From positions 1 through 39,545 of the forward strand of contig JBDREC010000109.1 in NCBI GenBank assembly GCA_043820105.1: a stretch of 39,545 nucleotides of DNA, written 5' to 3'. Both the position numbers and the translations under genes were made by a program. Source of the DNA: Pseudomonadota bacterium. GTDB taxonomy: Bacteria > Bdellovibrionota_F > JAHFAK01 > JBDREC01. Of this stretch, positions 1 through 8,609 are shown in pieces (position 1 is the stretch's first letter; every line of letters starts with the position of its first letter). Under the pieces are notes generated by a model. The model was not told the DNA's origin. It saw only the letters and a program-made list of their open reading frames with translations, and searched no databases.

Positions 1-164
1 AATAAAAATATATTTATTATAAAGGTTTATTGCATGACAGTGGGAATACAATAAGCCTTTAATAATAAAATATTTTTATTGCTTGAATAAGGAGTGTGGG
101 CATTAGCTTTTTGAAAAAGAGGTTTTGTAATGTTTTTTATAGGCCCGGTTTATTGTTTAGGTAT

Positions 165-626
165 TCAAATTGGAGATGATCCATTAATAATTATTCTGCC
201 TCTTTTTATGAAATTATAATAAGCACTTTCTAATAAAATCGCTGATAAACTGGAGGCGGCGTCATCAAAGGATATTAGCGTTAAATGTGCCGTTGGGTTA
301 TCTTGCAAGGCATTTGGCACCTTAGAAAAAAGTTCAATCATATATGGATATGACTTAACATTGGGTTCATAAAACCTATAAAATTGTTTCTTCCCAGTGC
401 TTTTTTGATGATTTTTATATTCACCTTTTTTAATAAAACTCCAAAAAACTTTTGCAAAATCAGCATCAACTGCCTCCAAAATCAATACAATATCCAAATC
501 CTTAGTTGCCCTGAACTCAAGATCAATTTCATTAAAGACAATATCACAAGCGCAACCACCGATTAGAACAAATTTGTCAGTATGTTCATTGAAATGTTTT
601 TTAAATATATCAAGCCCTCTTACCAT
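165..626 (-). pseudogene. AbiEii-like (type IV TA toxin-like) nucleotidyltransferase, apparently C-terminally truncated
   Basis: LIGGCAC...RATKDLD matches the Pol-beta superfamily GG/DxD signature. It overlaps the upstream regulator gene. It ends at 153 aa, whereas homologues I recall are about 250 aa. Confidence 0.6.
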
Positions 627-1603
627 TTAATCTCCTTCATCATATTTGCAAGTGCTTGCTCGATACGCTCACCTTTAACATCTTTAAGACATAAATAAAG
701 AGAAAATTTATCAATAGATCCATTATCTGAAAATAAAAATGGAGAATAGTACCAAACTTCTATTTTGGCAATCGCTTCATCTGGAAATTCAGACTTTATT
801 TTCAATACTTTATTTTTATTAATCAACCAATCGTTTTTCCCTATTGCAAAAACTTGCTGCTTTGGTGAAGCCAGCATGGAATATTTAGATAGAGCTGTCA
901 GGCTCGAGACCAGAACTGGCAAAGTCTTTGGCTCTGATTTAATCCATACTTCTGCCTTTACAGGTGTTTTCAGATAAGGCAATGCTTTTTTCCATAATTT
1001 CTTTCTAGTTATTTTAAAACTCATTCGTCTCTCTTTCCCTATAATGTCGATTTCACCCAGGCCATTTGATTCAATTTCATTGAAGGCCCTGGTCATGGAC
1101 ATACAGGAATATCCAAGCTTCTGTGACAGCATTGTAGGTGTAATGGGTCCTTTTATTTTTTTATTAAATATATAAAGTAATACTAACTGAGTAGAAGGAC
1201 TGAAATAATTACGTTTAACTTTTGCCTTTAAAAAATGTTCTCGTAAATCAATCTGCAAATATGGCAGATACATCTGATTTCCAGGCACTACAAAAGGTAC
1301 TTTGTACTTGATAAGCCTTTTTCTGTTATGTGATGATATATGTGATCCAACAAAAATAAGATCATTATCAAGATGTTTTTGTATTATTTGCATATGTTTA
1401 TAAATCATAGCCGGTGTATATTCATTATTATTTTTTAATAACATAATAATATAAAATTTAGATAATATCTCAATTTCATAAAAATCATATAAATCATGAA
1501 GAAAAAATGGAAGTGCTTTAGGTCTTGTTTGTTTTTTGAAAATTACATCCAAAGATAAAGTTTCTTTTAAATATATCCTGAATTTATTCAATAAATCATT
1601 CAT
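620..1603 (-). CDS. Winged-HTH transcriptional regulator / AbiEi-like antitoxin-like protein
   Basis: VPFVVPGNQMYLPYL, wHTH (PTMLSQKLGYSCMSMTRAFNEI), SLTALSKYSMLA and DKFSLYLCLKD...ERIE motifs. ATG at 1603 preferred over the 1648 start in the ORF track. Confidence 0.65.
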   Translation of the reverse strand: MNDLLNKFRIYLKETLSLDVIFKKQTRPKALPFFLHDLYDFYEIEILSKFYIIMLLKNNNEYTPAMIYKHMQIIQKHLDNDLIFVGSHISSHNRKRLIKYKVPFVVPGNQMYLPYLQIDLREHFLKAKVKRNYFSPSTQLVLLYIFNKKIKGPITPTMLSQKLGYSCMSMTRAFNEIESNGLGEIDIIGKERRMSFKITRKKLWKKALPYLKTPVKAEVWIKSEPKTLPVLVSSLTALSKYSMLASPKQQVFAIGKNDWLINKNKVLKIKSEFPDEAIAKIEVWYYSPFLFSDNGSIDKFSLYLCLKDVKGERIEQALANMMKEIKW

Positions 1604-1677
1604 AATAAAAATCTTTTCTATGTTATCATTATTTATGCATAATAACATTCATATTGTTAATATGCAAGCATTTTGTT

Positions 1678-2339
1678 ATGACAGACTGTAATCACGCTTC
1701 ATCAACTTATCAAGATTTATTTTCAAAAAAAGTTATAAGCAATTTCAATGGAGGGAATATTTCATCAGATGCTGGTGGGCTATTGCTTCGTGAAGTTGAT
1801 CAAAAAATAAAGTTATTTGATCGATTCGCTGATTGTTTTACTGATTATCGAGATCCAGAAAAAATTGAACACACAGTTAGAGTGCTTATTTCACAAAGAG
1901 TTTATGACCTATGTTTTAATGAATGCATTAAGAACGATAGGACTTAAGAAAACAGAATTGTCAAAAGTTCAATGCTCCACAATGCAAGTGAAATTATTAA
2001 AGATTGGAGCAATAATAACGGTAAGTGTAAGACGAATTATTATTTCAATGTCAGAGGCATTTCCCTATGCTAAAATATTCAATAAAGTATTGTTAAATAT
2101 TCGAGGTGCCCCTTGTTATAGTAACGCTATTTAGCCCACGCTAGTCTTTCACGGCTCTTTTTAACACAGACAATAGTATCCTCTTGCCTTAAATCTGGCA
2201 AATTTGAGAAAAATTATTCTAATCTCTATTATGCCACTAGTTGTGATAAAATTCTTGAGTGAAATTGTTGTAGTATACTAATAATTCTAAACTTCTGCTT
2301 AATTTTTAAGCATTACTTTCGCTAGGTGAGAAATGCGGG
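1678..2339 (+). mobile_element. IS1380-family remnant: transposase N- and C-termini joined out of frame, DDE core deleted
   Basis: N-terminus FNGGNISSDAGGLLLREVD...DYRDPEKIEHT (1678-~1905). C-terminus YVLMNALRTIGLKKTEL...KLLKIGAII..SVRRI (~1905-2134). Right-end-like GTGAGAAATGCGGG at 2326-2339. Confidence 0.85.
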
Positions 2340-2364
2340 ATAAGGACGCTATTTATCCCTTTAA

Positions 2365-2574
2365 TCACCCCCCAAACATCAACCTCTCAACATCAAACCC
2401 ATAAAGCATAGCCAACATCTTATAATAAACCGGCTTCGTAGGAAACGATTCAACTTCCCACTGGAAATAAGTTGATTGAGAAACCCCCAATTTTTCACTC
2501 ACCTGCCTAATCGTTAAGCAGTTTCTTTTTCTTAAATATAGCAATCTTTTCTGAAAAGTCATAGCAAACCTCAT
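2365..2574 (-). CDS. XRE-family HTH protein
   Basis: RLLYLRKRNCLTIRQVSEKLGVSQSTYFQWE is a typical HTH_3 pattern. Confidence 0.8.
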   Translation of the reverse strand: MRFAMTFQKRLLYLRKRNCLTIRQVSEKLGVSQSTYFQWEVESFPTKPVYYKMLAMLYGFDVERLMFGG

Positions 2575-2631
2575 TTATTAAATTCGGATGCTAAAAGTAA
2601 AATTCAGAAGATATTTAAAACAAACAGCTAC

Positions 2632-2778
2632 TTAGCTACCTTTATCAAAATTATCACCAAACATAATCCATTCCAATTCCTTATGAAATATTTTAGCTAA
2701 TTCTAAATAATATATTGGATTTTTGGGGAAAGTATCAATTTCCCAACGATGATAAGTTGATTTTGGAATGTTTAATCT
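2632..2778 (-). pseudogene. 5'-truncated XRE HTH paralogue (not in ORF track)
   Basis: Hand translation gives RLNIPKSTYHRWEIDTFPKNPIYYLELAKIFHKELEWIMFGDNFDKGS*, which aligns with the C-terminal two-thirds of 2365..2574. There is no start codon; it is cut near the tRNA terminator. Confidence 0.7.
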
Positions 2779-2784
2779 TGGGCA

Positions 2785-2820
2785 AAAACAAAAGGACTTG
2801 CTGATTCCAGCGAGTCCTTT
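2785..2820 (-). terminator. Intrinsic terminator of tRNA-Leu
   Basis: Minus strand AAAGGACTCGCTG-GAAT-CAGCAAGTCCTTT followed by TGTTTTT. Confidence 0.8.
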
Positions 2821-2829
2821 ATCCTTTTA

Positions 2830-2914
2830 TGCCTGAGGCCGGAATCGAACCGGCACAGCCTTAAAGACCGAGGGATTTTAAGTCCCTTGCGTCTACCAAT
2901 TCCGCCACCCAGGC
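2830..2914 (-). tRNA. tRNA-Leu (anticodon TAA), CCA not encoded
   Basis: GCCTGGGTGGCGGAATTGGTAGACGCAAGGGACTTAAAATCCCTCGG...GGTTCGATTCCGGCCTCAGGCA folds as a cloverleaf with a long variable arm. Confidence 0.97.
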
Positions 2915-2934
2915 TTTTTTAAAAAAGTGAAAAA

Positions 2935-2963
2935 TATTTATAGATAGATCAATTAAGTGTCAA
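2935..2963 (-). promoter_or_regulatory. Putative sigma70 promoter of tRNA-Leu
   Basis: TTGACA-17-TAAATA on the minus strand, about 20 nt upstream of the tRNA. Confidence 0.5.
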
Positions 2964-2977
2964 TTAAAATTTAATCC

Positions 2978-3005
2978 TTGTACTTATAATTTTTTTTGAT
3001 ATAAC
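2978..3005 (+). promoter_or_regulatory. Putative extended -10 promoter of the kinase operon
   Basis: TTGTAC-16-TATAAC with TGn immediately before the -10. Confidence 0.4.
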
Positions 3006-3020
3006 CAATAATTATGGGTA

Positions 3021-6000
3021 ATGGTTTGTAAAAAGGATGCTAAGATGCCCAACAATAAAATAAAAAGTTTCAATCTATCTGATATTCAATATAAAACCCT
3101 TGCTGAAAATTCAATTCAAGGCATTGTAATAGCTAGTGGTCCTCCACCACAGTTTCTTTATGTAAATAAAGCAATGGCTAAAATGCTCGGTTATTCTCAA
3201 TCTGAAATGGAAAATTTTACTCCAGAGCAAATAGTTCAAATCGTACATCCTGATGATCGAGAAATGTTTTTCAAGCGCTTTAAGGAAAGAATCAATGGTG
3301 AAAATGTTGATGCTAATTACAATATAAAAGGAATCCATAAAAATGGAACTGTAAAGCACTTTGAAATCTGTTCTACTTTAATAAAAGATCCGAAGAAACC
3401 AATTGTCCAAGCTGTATTTCGTGACCTTACAGATGAACAGCATTCAAAAGACAACCTAGACTTTGAAAGAAAGCAAGCATTGTCAATTTATAATAGTATA
3501 AATGAATGCATTTATGTGATTGATCCTGAAACTTATACTATTTTGTTTGCTAATAATTATTTTAAGAAATTGTTTCAAGAAAATCCTATTGGAAAAAAGT
3601 GCTATGAAGTAATTGAGGATAACAAGATCCAATGCCCAAAGTGTCCTCATCAAAAACTAAAATTAGAGCCTGATAAAACTTATAAACGGCAGTTTGACAA
3701 TATAAAACATAATAAGCACTTCTTGGTGCATGAAAAAATCATTCGCTGGATAGATGGCAGAAATGTAATAATTGAACTTGCTATTGATATAACAGAACAA
3801 ACTAAAATAAATATGGAAATATCAATAATATCAGATTTGCTTTTTGAACTAGTAAATTTCCCTATTGATAAAAACTTGTATGAATTTATTTCAATTAAGT
3901 TAAAAAATCTAATTCCTAATTCAATTATTGCATTGAATTCTTATAATGAAGAAGAAAATGTATTAAAACTAGAAAATATTCTTGGAATTGATAAAAAAAC
4001 AATAGAATCTATTATTTCACAAAATAAATCAGATAAAGATGAAATCAAATTTCCAAATATTTCAACTGAAATAATTCAAAAATTAAAAACAGCCAATTTA
4101 AATTATCTTGGCAATGACCTATATACTTGTCTTTTTGGTGTTTTAGATAAAAATGTATGTAATTCAATTAAAGAACAATACAATATCAATCATATTTATT
4201 CTATTGGTATAAATTCAAAAAACAAGCTTATGGGTAATCTTACAATTCTTTCAAGTTCAGAAATGTGCCTTAACAAAAACTTCTTTGAAGTTTTAATAAG
4301 CCAAATTGCAATAATTGCTGAAAAAAGAGAACATGAAAAGGCATTAATAGAAAGTGAGAAAAAATACAGAGAATTTGCAGATCACCTTCCTCAAGCTGTT
4401 TGTGAAATTGATACTACTGGTAAAATATATTTTGTTAATAAAATTTGCTACGAAAAATTTGGATATATTAAAGAAGACTTTCAACATGGTCTAGATGCAC
4501 TTGAAATGATAGCACCAAAAGAGAGAGAAAAAGCCAAAATTAATATAGGCAAAATACTCGCAGGTAAAATGCTTGGTTATAATGAATACACTGCACTTAC
4601 AAAAGATGGAAAAAAATTTCCAGTTATTATTTATTCATCACCAATAAAAAAAGATAATAAGGTCTTAGGCTTTAGATCACTTATTGTAGATATTACTGAA
4701 AGAAAAAAATATGAACAATTTATTAAAGCCCAAAACAAACTTTCATTAAAAATTTTAAAGACTGAGGATTTAAAAGAAATTATAGATGATGCCCTAGATA
4801 TAATACTTGAAACAACAGCTCTTGATTGTGGTGGTGTTTATATCTTCAATGAAAAACTAGAAACTTTAGATCTTTTTACACACAGGGGTTTGTCTGATAA
4901 TTTCATAAAAAAGGTTTCACATTATGAAGTTAATTCTCTGAGCTACCAATTAGTATTAAAGGGAAAAATATTATATGAAAAATATGATGAACTTCCTGTT
5001 GAAAAAAGTAAAACTCAAATTAAAGAAGGGTTAAAGGCAATATTAATCGCTCCAATTCATTATAGAGAGAAAGTAATAGGCTGTGTTAACATAGCTTCCA
5101 AAAAAGCAGCTGAAATCCCGACAGAATCAAGGGATTTTATTGAGTCTATATTAGCTCAAATTGGCATTGCTATTTATCAAGAAAATATTCGACAAGCCCT
5201 GATATCAAATGAAGCCAAATATAAAAACCTATTTCACAATGCTCAAGTAGCATTATTTAGAACTAGGATTGAAGATGGAAAATGCTTAGAATGCAATAAT
5301 TTGATGGCTAAATTATTGGGCTATTCATCAAGAGAAGAATGTATTGAAAAATATATTGCACAAGAACATTATGTTGATTCAAATGCTCGAGAAACAATTT
5401 TAAAGGATTTAGATAAATATAAACAAATTGGAAATATTGAAGCATTAATAAAACTCGATAATGGCACTGAAAAATGGGTCGCCTATTCTGGTAAAATATT
5501 TCCTGAGCTTGGATATATTGAGGGCGCAGCTATTGATATAACAGAAGAAAAGAAAGCAAAAGAAGCACTCTTAGAAAGTGAAACAAGATTTAGAGAGCTT
5601 TTTAATAATATGTCACCAGGCGTTGCAGTATATGAAGCGTACAACAATGGTGAAGACTTTATATTCAAAGACTTTAATAAAGGTGGAGAAATAATTGAAG
5701 GAATAAATAAAAATGATGTAATCGGCAGAAAAGTGAGCGAAGTCTTTCCTGGAGTTTTTGAGTTTGGTTTATTTGATGTTTTTAAAAGAGTTTATAAATC
5801 AGGCATTCCAGAGCATCATCCAATTCGCTTCTATCACGACACCAACACTCAAGGCTGGAGAGAAAATTATGTTTATAAGCTTCCAACTGGAGAAGTTGTC
5901 GCAGTTTATGAAGATGTAACTGATAAAATGAATGCCTTGAAGGCTCTAAATGAGTCAGTTGAAAATTTCAAGGCTCTGGCTGACAATGCTTCTGACGGCA

Positions 6001-6980
6001 TTTTGCTAGCAAATGGAGGGGGACAACATGTTTATGCAAATCTTCAAGCCTCAATTATTACTGGTTTTTCCATTAGTGAACTGCTTAAAATGAAAGAACA
6101 AGATTTGGCTTATATTGGTGATAGTGAAAAAGTAAAAAAATATACTTTCAAAAGAATGCAACAAAAACCTGTAACTGGACAATATGAAGTTCGAATTAAA
6201 ACAAAAAACAATATAATTATTCCAATTGAAATTTCAGCAGCTAAGACTACCTGGAAAGGTCATCCCGTTAGCATGGCAATTTTCAGGGACATATCAGTGC
6301 GCAAGATTTTTGAAAAGAGATTAGAAGAAATTCCAAAAAAAATTATTCAAGCGCAAGAAAGTGAAAGAAGCAAAATATCAAGAGATATTCATGATGATCT
6401 GGGTCAAGAGCTTGTTGCATTAAAATTAGCATTGCAATCAATGATGGCAAATAAAGATAAATGTAAGTTCAATGATTCTGAGAAACAGCATACAATAAAT
6501 ATATTAGATTCTATCATTAATAAAACTCGAAATATTGCCTTGGGCCTCAGACCTACTGTTATTGACAATCTAGGTCTTAACTCAGCTATTGAATATGTAA
6601 TTGCAGAATTCCAAGCAAAATATAATTTAAATATTGATTCAATCGTTCCAAATTTAAAATCCCTTGAATTTAAGGGTGAAAAAATTAATTTTTTTAGAAT
6701 CATTCAAGAAGCATTATTCAATATAGTAAAACATTCTGAAGCTAAAACTACATCTATAAAAATCGATCTTATTAATGACTTGCTCAAAATGAGTATTTCT
6801 GACAATGGGAAAGGTTTTGACATAAATGAATTAAAAGGCGACAATGAGTTTTGCAAAATAGGTCTAGGTATTGAAACCATGAAAGAAAGAGCGAGTTTAC
6901 TTTTTGGTAATTTTAATATTATTTCGAAAATTGGCAAAGGCACTGAAATAAAAATAAGTTTACCAATTAAAAGAAAATAA
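3021..6980 (+). CDS. Cytoplasmic multi-PAS/GAF sensor histidine kinase (HisKA_3, NarX/UhpB type)
   Basis: Repeated PAS/PAC motifs (VHPDDR, DITE), a GAF domain, H-box ERSKISRDIHDDLGQEL, FRIIQEALFNIVKHS, DNGKGF and GLGI. No TM helix seen. True start may be the ATG at 3045. Confidence 0.93.
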   Translation: MVCKKDAKMPNNKIKSFNLSDIQYKTLAENSIQGIVIASGPPPQFLYVNKAMAKMLGYSQSEMENFTPEQIVQIVHPDDREMFFKRFKERINGENVDANYNIKGIHKNGTVKHFEICSTLIKDPKKPIVQAVFRDLTDEQHSKDNLDFERKQALSIYNSINECIYVIDPETYTILFANNYFKKLFQENPIGKKCYEVIEDNKIQCPKCPHQKLKLEPDKTYKRQFDNIKHNKHFLVHEKIIRWIDGRNVIIELAIDITEQTKINMEISIISDLLFELVNFPIDKNLYEFISIKLKNLIPNSIIALNSYNEEENVLKLENILGIDKKTIESIISQNKSDKDEIKFPNISTEIIQKLKTANLNYLGNDLYTCLFGVLDKNVCNSIKEQYNINHIYSIGINSKNKLMGNLTILSSSEMCLNKNFFEVLISQIAIIAEKREHEKALIESEKKYREFADHLPQAVCEIDTTGKIYFVNKICYEKFGYIKEDFQHGLDALEMIAPKEREKAKINIGKILAGKMLGYNEYTALTKDGKKFPVIIYSSPIKKDNKVLGFRSLIVDITERKKYEQFIKAQNKLSLKILKTEDLKEIIDDALDIILETTALDCGGVYIFNEKLETLDLFTHRGLSDNFIKKVSHYEVNSLSYQLVLKGKILYEKYDELPVEKSKTQIKEGLKAILIAPIHYREKVIGCVNIASKKAAEIPTESRDFIESILAQIGIAIYQENIRQALISNEAKYKNLFHNAQVALFRTRIEDGKCLECNNLMAKLLGYSSREECIEKYIAQEHYVDSNARETILKDLDKYKQIGNIEALIKLDNGTEKWVAYSGKIFPELGYIEGAAIDITEEKKAKEALLESETRFRELFNNMSPGVAVYEAYNNGEDFIFKDFNKGGEIIEGINKNDVIGRKVSEVFPGVFEFGLFDVFKRVYKSGIPEHHPIRFYHDTNTQGWRENYVYKLPTGEVVAVYEDVTDKMNALKALNESVENFKALADNASDGILLANGGGQHVYANLQASIITGFSISELLKMKEQDLAYIGDSEKVKKYTFKRMQQKPVTGQYEVRIKTKNNIIIPIEISAAKTTWKGHPVSMAIFRDISVRKIFEKRLEEIPKKIIQAQESERSKISRDIHDDLGQELVALKLALQSMMANKDKCKFNDSEKQHTINILDSIINKTRNIALGLRPTVIDNLGLNSAIEYVIAEFQAKYNLNIDSIVPNLKSLEFKGEKINFFRIIQEALFNIVKHSEAKTTSIKIDLINDLLKMSISDNGKGFDINELKGDNEFCKIGLGIETMKERASLLFGNFNIISKIGKGTEIKISLPIKRK

Positions 6981-7003
6981 TAATATTGAGGCAGGGGTAA
7001 TTA

Positions 7004-7648
7004 ATGAACAAAACAAAAATTATAATAGTTGATGATCATGCGATCTTAAGGGCTGGTGTTAAAAAATTAGTTGAACAAGAAGCCAGTTTTGAGGTTGTAG
7101 GTGAAGCAGGTTCAGCGAATGAGCTTTATGCTATCTTAGAAAATACAAGCTGTGATCTTATAATACTTGATCTTTCATTACCTGAAATAAGTGGCTTAGA
7201 AATTATTAGTCGCCTTAAAAAATCACACCCTAAAATAAAAATTCTTGTACTTACAATGCACAAAGATTCAATGCATTTTAAACACTCAATTGCAAAAGGA
7301 GCAGCTGGATTTATATTAAAGGATGACGCTTTTGAACAGCTTCTTTTTGCAATAAAAACAATTCAAAAAGGAAAAAAATTCATCTCTCCATCAGTTTCAA
7401 ATATATTTATGGATAATTATATCAAAACAATTGATGAAGCTGAAAATACAAATATTGAAATATTAACCAACAGAGAAAAAGAAGTATTGAAAAATATCGC
7501 CAAGGGTCTTGCTAATAAAGATATTGCAAAAACATTAAATATTAGTGTTAGAACAGTTGAGTTTCATAGGCTTAATCTTTCGAAAAAGCTTGGCATAAAA
7601 ACTTCCGCTGGTCTTGTAAAATACGCTATTTCAAAGGGTATTATTTGA
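7004..7648 (+). CDS. NarL/FixJ-family response regulator
   Basis: IVDDH, DLSLP and LTMH receiver motifs, plus LuxR HTH LTNREKEVL...NKDIAKTLNISVRTVEFHR. Confidence 0.95.
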   Translation: MNKTKIIIVDDHAILRAGVKKLVEQEASFEVVGEAGSANELYAILENTSCDLIILDLSLPEISGLEIISRLKKSHPKIKILVLTMHKDSMHFKHSIAKGAAGFILKDDAFEQLLFAIKTIQKGKKFISPSVSNIFMDNYIKTIDEAENTNIEILTNREKEVLKNIAKGLANKDIAKTLNISVRTVEFHRLNLSKKLGIKTSAGLVKYAISKGII

Positions 7649-7650
7649 TA

Positions 7651-8514
7651 ATGGAAGCAGATAGAATAAAAACTTTTGATAACATTTATTTACATGCTGA
7701 AATTGAAGGAAAAGAAGACCCTGAAAGCAATCCTTTAATCTGCCTAAATGGTGTAGGTGTTTCAACTTTTTTCTGGAATTATTTAAAATTATTTTTCAGT
7801 AAATCCAATCCCATCATAACGTGGGATTACCGAGGACATGGCTTATCTGACCAACCATTTAAAACAGATTCATTTAAATTCAATCATATTATAAAAGATT
7901 TAAATACAGTAATTAAATATTATAAACATAATGAGGTTGTTTTAATAGGTCACAGCATGGGCTCAATTGTAGCCTTAGATTACGCACATAAACACCCGGA
8001 TAGAGTTAAAGCAATAGTCATTATAGCCGGTTCATATGAACACATGCTTTCTCACCTCTTTAATTCATCTCATTCAAAATTTATTTTCGAAAAATTGTTT
8101 TATTTAAATTCAAAGTTTAAAGGAAGATTTGATTTAATCTGGAAAATACTCCATAAGTTTCCATTAAACTATGAACTCGCTAAGCTTTTAGTTGTAAATG
8201 GAAATTTTTGCAGAAAAGAAGATATGGAATTTTATTTTGAGCATATTTCAAGTATTAATTTTGATTTTTTAATGAAAGTATTTAAGGAAGCTGACAAATA
8301 TTCTGCAAAAAAGCTTCTTCCCCAAATAAATACACCAACCTTAATATTAGGTGGTGATAAAGACGTTTTCACACCAATAGAAAAATCATATGAAATGTAT
8401 AACCTACTACCAAACGCCGAAATCATGATCATCCCCAACGGAAGCCACGCTGCAATCATTGAACAACCTGAACTGATTAATTTACGAATCGAAAAATTCC
8501 TGCGCGACCTTTAA
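7651..8514 (+). CDS. Alpha/beta-fold hydrolase
   Basis: DYRGHGLS, GHSMG nucleophile elbow, GDKD acid and GSH histidine. Confidence 0.9.
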   Translation: MEADRIKTFDNIYLHAEIEGKEDPESNPLICLNGVGVSTFFWNYLKLFFSKSNPIITWDYRGHGLSDQPFKTDSFKFNHIIKDLNTVIKYYKHNEVVLIGHSMGSIVALDYAHKHPDRVKAIVIIAGSYEHMLSHLFNSSHSKFIFEKLFYLNSKFKGRFDLIWKILHKFPLNYELAKLLVVNGNFCRKEDMEFYFEHISSINFDFLMKVFKEADKYSAKKLLPQINTPTLILGGDKDVFTPIEKSYEMYNLLPNAEIMIIPNGSHAAIIEQPELINLRIEKFLRDL

Positions 8515-8609
8515 TCGGCATTTATTTTTTATGAAAATTGTTAAGTATTGAACCCCATTTACATTTAAATAGTGGTCCGATTTCCTTTTCTAAAATCAGG
8601 CAAGTGCGC

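Noticed and set aside
165-167. TGA stops of the nucleotidyltransferase, XRE, NarL, aspS and wtpC genes as Sec read-through
   Set aside because: They are not at Cys-equivalent positions, show no evident SECIS, and are natural ends or followed closely by another stop.
1577-1592. CCTGAATTTATTCA as the left IR of the IS1380 remnant
   Set aside because: It lies inside the regulator CDS and is a poor complement of the right-end motif at 2326-2339.
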